Shown here piece after piece: positions 58,950-64,000 of a stretch of 64,000 nt of DNA. The DNA lies in NCBI GenBank assembly GCA_964409875.1, contig CAYPEN010000001.1:356275-420274 (forward strand), written 5' to 3'. The DNA comes from an uncultured Gammaproteobacteria bacterium. GTDB taxonomy: Bacteria > Patescibacteriota > Microgenomatia > Levybacterales > GWA1-39-11. Every line of letters begins with the position of its first letter. Position 1 is the first letter of the stretch. Both the position numbers and the translations under genes were made by a program. Under the pieces are notes generated by a model. It was not told the origin of the DNA. It saw only the letters and a list, made by a program, of their open reading frames with translations, and made no database searches.

Positions 58950-58978
58950 TTGACATAGCAATTCAATTTTGCTAAACT
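58950..58978 (+). promoter_or_regulatory. putative sigma70-type promoter upstream of the GH18 gene
   Basis: TTGACA (58950-58955), a 17-nt spacer, then TAAACT (58973-58978). It lies ~100 nt upstream of the ATG at 59081. Confidence 0.35.
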
Positions 58979-59080
58979 CCTGGCGTTTCCTCATAAGAAC
59001 TTAACATCTTTCTTACGAATTAATTACATCTTCATCGGCCAGAGGAAAGACTTATAGTTAACGTTTATTGGTCGCTACTC

Positions 59081-60379
59081 ATGAATGTTTCAATACGAAA
59101 ATACATCGATAAGCTCAACCATGCGCAAAAAGCTACGCTGGTTACCCAAATGCTAACTGGGGCTCTCTGTTTTCTATTTGCGCTTATTTTTGCAATCAAT
59201 CAATTTGCCCCTTCCTGGGCGCTTGGAAGTGCAATATTTGAAAACTCTGAAAAAATCACTTCATTGAAGGCAACACAGAAAAACGCGTATGAAGTTTTCG
59301 GTTTTGCTCCATATTGGACACTGGGAAAAATGGATAATGTAGATTTTGGAGTACTGACCACTTTAGCCTATTTTGGTGTTGGCGTAAATCCAGACGGGAC
59401 ACTTGATGAAAATTCTCCGGGATATTCTAAATTCTATTCAGACTTCGCAACTCAGCTTTTTCAAAAAGCACATCAGAATGGTACCCGCGTGGTTTTGACC
59501 GTAACTCAGATGGATGATGACACTATTTCAACTTTCCTTCAGGACGGTCAAGCTCAAAAAAGGGCCATCGAGTCAATAGTCTCAACAGTCAAGTCGCGTG
59601 GAATTGATGGGGTAAATGTAGATTTTGAATACGTTGGAACCACGGATGAGCAGATGAAGCACAATTTTTCCGGCTTTGTGTCAAGTCTCGCAAAAGAGCT
59701 CCACTCTTCCCTTTCCGGTTCATATATTACAGTTAGTGTGTATGCTTCATCAGCAAGCGGCAAAAAACTCTACGATTTACCGTCTCTTTCAAGCTCAACT
59801 GACGGTATTTTTATGATGGCCTACGATTTTGCTACCACTGGCTCGGATAATGCGATGCCTACGGCGCCATTATATGGATATAAAGAAGGGAAATATTGGT
59901 ACGACATATCAACGGCTGTATCGGATTTTTTGGCAAAGATGCCAAAGGAAAAGCTTATTTTGGGACTCCCGTGGTACGGATATGATTACCCTGTAGCTTC
60001 CCCAGCAGTTAAGGCGCAGAAGGATTATGGGTATTACTCATATTATTGGTACCGAGGCAGAAGGTACCGCACTTTCATCGGGCGAGAAGGTGCATATGCT
60101 GCAACATATGCATCGGCTAAAAGCGTAACGCCCGATATGCAAGGCTGGGATGAGGTTGCACAGGTTGGATGGGAAGCATATAAGAGTAACGATGGGTGGC
60201 GCATGATTTTTTTGGATGATGAACGTTCACTTGCAGTTAAATATGATTTTGCCAAGGAAAAAGGGCTTGGAGGCGTCGGCATGTGGGCTCTTGGATTTGA
60301 CGATGGAAAAACTGAACTTTGGCAACTTCTCGAAAGTAAATTCGGAAAGAAATTGGTTGCCAGCAATATTGTCCCTTAA
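59081..60379 (+). CDS. glycoside hydrolase family 18 (chitinase-like) protein with N-terminal TM
   Basis: 432 aa. DGVNVDFEY (DxxDxDxE catalytic motif) and MAYDF / LGLPWYGYDY motifs typical of GH18. Confidence 0.8.
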   Translation: MNVSIRKYIDKLNHAQKATLVTQMLTGALCFLFALIFAINQFAPSWALGSAIFENSEKITSLKATQKNAYEVFGFAPYWTLGKMDNVDFGVLTTLAYFGVGVNPDGTLDENSPGYSKFYSDFATQLFQKAHQNGTRVVLTVTQMDDDTISTFLQDGQAQKRAIESIVSTVKSRGIDGVNVDFEYVGTTDEQMKHNFSGFVSSLAKELHSSLSGSYITVSVYASSASGKKLYDLPSLSSSTDGIFMMAYDFATTGSDNAMPTAPLYGYKEGKYWYDISTAVSDFLAKMPKEKLILGLPWYGYDYPVASPAVKAQKDYGYYSYYWYRGRRYRTFIGREGAYAATYASAKSVTPDMQGWDEVAQVGWEAYKSNDGWRMIFLDDERSLAVKYDFAKEKGLGGVGMWALGFDDGKTELWQLLESKFGKKLVASNIVP

Positions 60380-60381
60380 AT

Positions 60382-61434
60382 ATGAAACATCACATAAAAG
60401 AACTATTTGTCCGTTTTGCCATTTTGGCCATACTTCTGTTGTCGGTCTTTGAATTACGGCAAAGTCTTGTCTCAACATTTTCCATGATTTCACCCCTACC
60501 AATTAAAGGAAGTTCTAAGGAAATATTTGAGAAAAAAGTGTTACCCCGCCTTACCGTTTACAAAAATAACTTTCATCTTATGCAAAATTTTTCGTTTATT
60601 CCAAGAGTTGAAGCGCAAGATTTATCTATCGATGCGCCTTCTTATCTTTTAGCCGACCTTGACACGGGAGAAGTGCTTTTTGAAAAAAATGGCAACAAGA
60701 AGCTACCTATTGCATCCCTTACAAAGATTATGTCTTCAATAGTTGCCCTTGATCTCGCAAAAAAAGATGACATTTACGTCGTCTCCGATAACGCTTCCAA
60801 AATAACACCGACAAGAATTGGCGTTATACCCCGTGAAGAAATGAAGATGCAAGAACTTTTGGAGGCGATGCTTATGACTTCTGCAAACGATGCAGCTGAG
60901 GTTTTAAAAGAAGGAATAGATGGGTACTATCAGGCTCCCGTTTTTGTTGAAGCCATGAATAAGAAAGCCCAACTATTGGGGCTCAAAAATACCCATTTTG
61001 AAAACCCGCAAGGATTTGATAGCTCAAGCAACTTTAGTAGTTCCGAAGACCTGGCAGTACTAATCCAATATGCGCTGAAAAACTACCCGTTCTTTTCTGA
61101 AACCGTGCAAAAAGACTATGGCTACCTACCTCAAAACAATCTTCATAAGCAATTTGACCTTCCGAATTGGAATGGGCTTATTGACGTCTATCCAGATGTT
61201 ATTGGGATAAAAATCGGAAATACTGATGCTGCTGGTATGACAACAGCTGTTGTATCAAAAAGAGGGGGAAAAAGACTTCTTGCCGTGGTCCTTGGTGCTA
61301 GGGATATTTTTGCAAGAGACTTGCAGGCAGCAACTCTACTTGACGAAGGATACATGAAAACTCTAGGGCTTGAAAAAGTCAATGTATCAAGGGAACAATT
61401 ACAACAGAAATATAATTCTTGGTATCAAAAGTAG
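60382..61434 (+). CDS. D-alanyl-D-alanine carboxypeptidase (serine-type, S11/PBP5-like)
   Basis: The SLTK (SxxK), SAND (SxN) and KIGNT (KTG-like) motifs are in the right order. N-terminal anchor. Confidence 0.8.
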   Translation: MKHHIKELFVRFAILAILLLSVFELRQSLVSTFSMISPLPIKGSSKEIFEKKVLPRLTVYKNNFHLMQNFSFIPRVEAQDLSIDAPSYLLADLDTGEVLFEKNGNKKLPIASLTKIMSSIVALDLAKKDDIYVVSDNASKITPTRIGVIPREEMKMQELLEAMLMTSANDAAEVLKEGIDGYYQAPVFVEAMNKKAQLLGLKNTHFENPQGFDSSSNFSSSEDLAVLIQYALKNYPFFSETVQKDYGYLPQNNLHKQFDLPNWNGLIDVYPDVIGIKIGNTDAAGMTTAVVSKRGGKRLLAVVLGARDIFARDLQAATLLDEGYMKTLGLEKVNVSREQLQQKYNSWYQK

Positions 61435-61497
61435 CTTCTTACAATTCTTTTTCACGCTTATCACCAATTCGATTTCTGGCCGCTGTATTCTACATGT

Positions 61498-63624
61498 GTG
61501 CAGATACGGACTTTCTTAAAAATTATCTTATTACTGTCATTCACTTTTTTTATTGGACTTGTCAGTTTTGTATATGTTTTCTTCGATCCTTATGTATCGT
61601 CTCCTCAGAGACTCCTTAATTACAAAGATAAGGGAATTATCCTTACCGATAGAAACAACGTGCCTTTTTACTATATTAATAACGCAAAGGATGACTCATA
61701 TGTACCATTAAATGAAATTTCTCCGTATTTGCCGAAAGCAATTATTACATCAGAGGACCGAAATTTCTATTATCACTTGGGCATTTCTGTGCAAGGCATA
61801 CTTCGCTCGACACTTCTCAATATACAGTCAGGCTCATTTTCATATGGAGGCTCTACAATAACGCAGCAATTGGTGAAGAATACACTCCTTTCCCCAAAAA
61901 AGAGCATCTCAAGAAAACTTGAGGAAGCAATTCTCGCTTTTGACATTGAGAGTAAGTATTCAAAAGATAAAATACTCGAAATGTATATGAATACAATCTA
62001 TTATGGAGATGGTGCGGTTGGTATAGAAGAAGCTTCAAAGCTATATTTCAATAAAAAACCTAAAGATTTAACTTTATCTGAAGCCTCGTATCTTGCCGGC
62101 ATGCTGAAGTTCCCCAGCTTACTCTCCCCTTATACAGGGGACATTGCCCGCGGTCAGCGTATACAAAAGCAGCTCATTGAAAATATGGAACGGGAGGGAA
62201 TTATCACTCCGCAGGAAAAAGACCAAGCTCTTAGTTCAAAAATCTCGTTTACAAAAGGGGATACCAAGTTCGCAAACGATGCGCCGCATTTTGCTCTCAT
62301 GGTAGAAGATAAATTAAAAGAAATGTACGGATCTGGCGTAGTGTATGAAGGGTTGAAGGTAAAAACGTCACTTGACCTTGAATGGCAGAAATATGCACAA
62401 AGCATTCTCAAAGCAGGAGTTGACAGTAATGCAGGGAATGGTGTTGGGAATGGGGCTGTAGTTGTGATGGATCCAAAAGATGGAGAGATATTAGTTCTTG
62501 TAGGAAGCAAAGATTGGTTCAATGAGCGCTATGGACGCGTAAATATGGCTACTTCCCCGCGCCAACCAGGATCATCCTTTAAACCTATTGTCTACTCGCT
62601 TGCGCTTGAGGCAGGCATAATAACGCCAGCTACAGTTCTCCAAGACAAGCCGACAAAATATATTCTTGACCCCAACTGCACTAGCCAGATAAGAAGCAAT
62701 TGTATTTATACGCCGCATGACTTTGATAACAGTTATAGAGGCCCTGTTACTGTCCGACGGGCCCTGGCCAACTCCCTGAATATTCCGGCAGTTGAGGTGA
62801 TGAATAGAGTCGGAATAGATGCAGTCCTTGAAAAAGCACCTGAATTCGGTATAACAACGCTTAAGGATAAGTCGTATTATGGAAAAGGTCTCTCTTTAGT
62901 ACTTGGAAGCGCTGAAGTTTCCCCTCTTCAAATGGCTGATGCATATGCAACGTTTGCAAATTTAGGGAACCGGCCGGATCCGGTTCTTGTACTTGAAGTA
63001 AGAGATAAATTTAATAATGTAAAATATTCCTACCAGCCTTCATTGCACCAGGTTATCTCACCCGAAGCTTCATATCTTATTACCTCTATTCTTTCTGATG
63101 AGAACGCAAGAAGAGAAGAATTCGGTTCGCTTCTGTCTACTCCCTTCAAAGCTGCTGTAAAAACAGGAACAACCGAAAATTTCCGCGATGCATGGACCAT
63201 AGGATATACACCGCGGATTGTAACAGCCGTATGGGTCGGCAATAATGATGCACGGCCAATATATAACCTTCCAGGCTCGCTTGCTGCGGCCCCTATCTGG
63301 AGAGAGCTTATGGAGAAATTTGTTCCGGCTACTTTCCGAGGTTTTCTAAAGCCTGATGGCATTGTCCAAGTACCTTATTGTGATAGCACGAGCTCCGGCT
63401 CGGCAAAGATGGAAGTCTTTATGCAAGGTACAGAACCGCAAGGCGATTGCACGAGACTGGCAAAAAGCCACAACAGACTCACTGATTTTTTCAATGGTGA
63501 TTCAGGTCATGAAGTTGAAACCGGAACACCTACGCCTACGCCTCAAGAGTCAATAACACCTACTCCTACCCCACCTGAAGCGTCACCAACACCTACACCC
63601 CAACACTCAGAAAATTCCGACTAG
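61498..63624 (+). CDS. class A penicillin-binding protein (glycosyltransferase GT51 + transpeptidase), PBP1A-like
   Basis: GTG start. GT51 motifs (ITSEDRNFYYHLGI, GGSTITQQLVKN) and transpeptidase motifs SSFKP, SLN and KTGT. Pro/Thr-rich C-terminal tail. Confidence 0.85.
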   Translation: MQIRTFLKIILLLSFTFFIGLVSFVYVFFDPYVSSPQRLLNYKDKGIILTDRNNVPFYYINNAKDDSYVPLNEISPYLPKAIITSEDRNFYYHLGISVQGILRSTLLNIQSGSFSYGGSTITQQLVKNTLLSPKKSISRKLEEAILAFDIESKYSKDKILEMYMNTIYYGDGAVGIEEASKLYFNKKPKDLTLSEASYLAGMLKFPSLLSPYTGDIARGQRIQKQLIENMEREGIITPQEKDQALSSKISFTKGDTKFANDAPHFALMVEDKLKEMYGSGVVYEGLKVKTSLDLEWQKYAQSILKAGVDSNAGNGVGNGAVVVMDPKDGEILVLVGSKDWFNERYGRVNMATSPRQPGSSFKPIVYSLALEAGIITPATVLQDKPTKYILDPNCTSQIRSNCIYTPHDFDNSYRGPVTVRRALANSLNIPAVEVMNRVGIDAVLEKAPEFGITTLKDKSYYGKGLSLVLGSAEVSPLQMADAYATFANLGNRPDPVLVLEVRDKFNNVKYSYQPSLHQVISPEASYLITSILSDENARREEFGSLLSTPFKAAVKTGTTENFRDAWTIGYTPRIVTAVWVGNNDARPIYNLPGSLAAAPIWRELMEKFVPATFRGFLKPDGIVQVPYCDSTSSGSAKMEVFMQGTEPQGDCTRLAKSHNRLTDFFNGDSGHEVETGTPTPTPQESITPTPTPPEASPTPTPQHSENSD

Positions 63625-63652
63625 TGTTTTACAAAAAGTGTATACTTGAATT

Positions 63653-64000
63653 GTGAACACAAAAGAAAAAATTTTGACTTTTGAAAAAAAAGGGAAAACA
63701 AGCACAATTACGGTAAGCCACATTACAGTAAGACAGAGCATTTTTTTTCTTGTTCTAAAACTTCTTTTCCTTGAGCTCGTTGCTGCATGTGCAATTATCG
63801 GTTTTCATGTTTTTTTAACCTCATACTCAACCCGGCTATCTATAAACGCAAGCTTTTTTAACATTCCCGTTTTTGTAATTCTTGTGCTTCTGAAGACGGT
63901 TTTTATGATTTATGTGATAGTAACTTGGCTTGAGGAATATTACGAACTTACACCAACGGAAGTAATTCACAAAAAGGGTTTTCTTTTTCGGCAGGAAGAA
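63653..64000 (+). CDS. possible membrane protein, 3'-truncated by the window end (no ATG; GTG at 63653 or TTG at 63674)
   Basis: The frame is open from 63650 to the window end. Hydrophobic segments (LVLKLLFLELVAACAIIGFHVFL; IPVFVILVLLKTVFMIYVIVTWL), then ...TEVIHKKGFLFRQEE, which resembles bacterial PH-domain (YdbT-like) proteins. Confidence 0.3.
   Translation, partial: MNTKEKILTFEKKGKTSTITVSHITVRQSIFFLVLKLLFLELVAACAIIGFHVFLTSYSTRLSINASFFNIPVFVILVLLKTVFMIYVIVTWLEEYYELTPTEVIHKKGFLFRQEE

Noticed and set aside
1-64000. Alternative genetic code (UGA=Gly, code 25) as used by some CPR lineages
   Set aside because: All long genes (giant ORF, pheT, thrS, PBP1A) are intact under the standard code and end where expected, so no recoding is needed.

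Overview
This 64-kb window comes from a gene-dense bacterial genome read with the standard genetic code; the strong Shine-Dalgarno motifs are AAGGAGGTG-like. The gene content fits a reduced CPR/Patescibacteria-like organism, which is an inference rather than something the sequence proves. The evidence is short ThrRS, trigger factor and PheT, an intact thrS-infC-rpmI-rplT-(NUDIX)-pheS-pheT operon, and cell-wall genes.

Nucleotides 1-31563 are the 3' part of one uninterrupted giant gene. It encodes at least 10,502 aa in this window, and its 5' end lies upstream of the window. The protein is rich in Thr, Gly, Asn and Ala and is built from nested tandem repeats: 16 units each carry an LC[VI]DGSNxVxKC Cys-pair loop, and the last four units are in exact 1071-nt register. 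It also carries tail-fibre-like VGIGTTSP motifs, an embedded LamG lectin domain, and two tandem phage-tail-fibre-type intramolecular-chaperone (Peptidase_G2-like) domains near the C-terminus.

Downstream lie a secreted DNRLRE-domain gene broken by two homopolymer frameshifts, two tandem ~820-aa secreted paralogs with identical C-terminal tails, and a polytopic TPR membrane protein. Then come the aaRS/ribosomal-protein operon, an HD-domain protein, and two tRNA clusters (Val x3, Leu x3, Gly, Phe) surrounded by tRNA-gene fragments. After a small hypothetical gene set with a ParB-like nuclease-domain protein and trigger factor, there is a peptidoglycan-remodelling neighbourhood: a VanX-like M15 dipeptidase, two GH73-like paralogs separated by an iteron-like repeat array, GH18, a DacA-like carboxypeptidase and a class A PBP.

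No rRNA, CRISPR array, integrase or transposase was seen.
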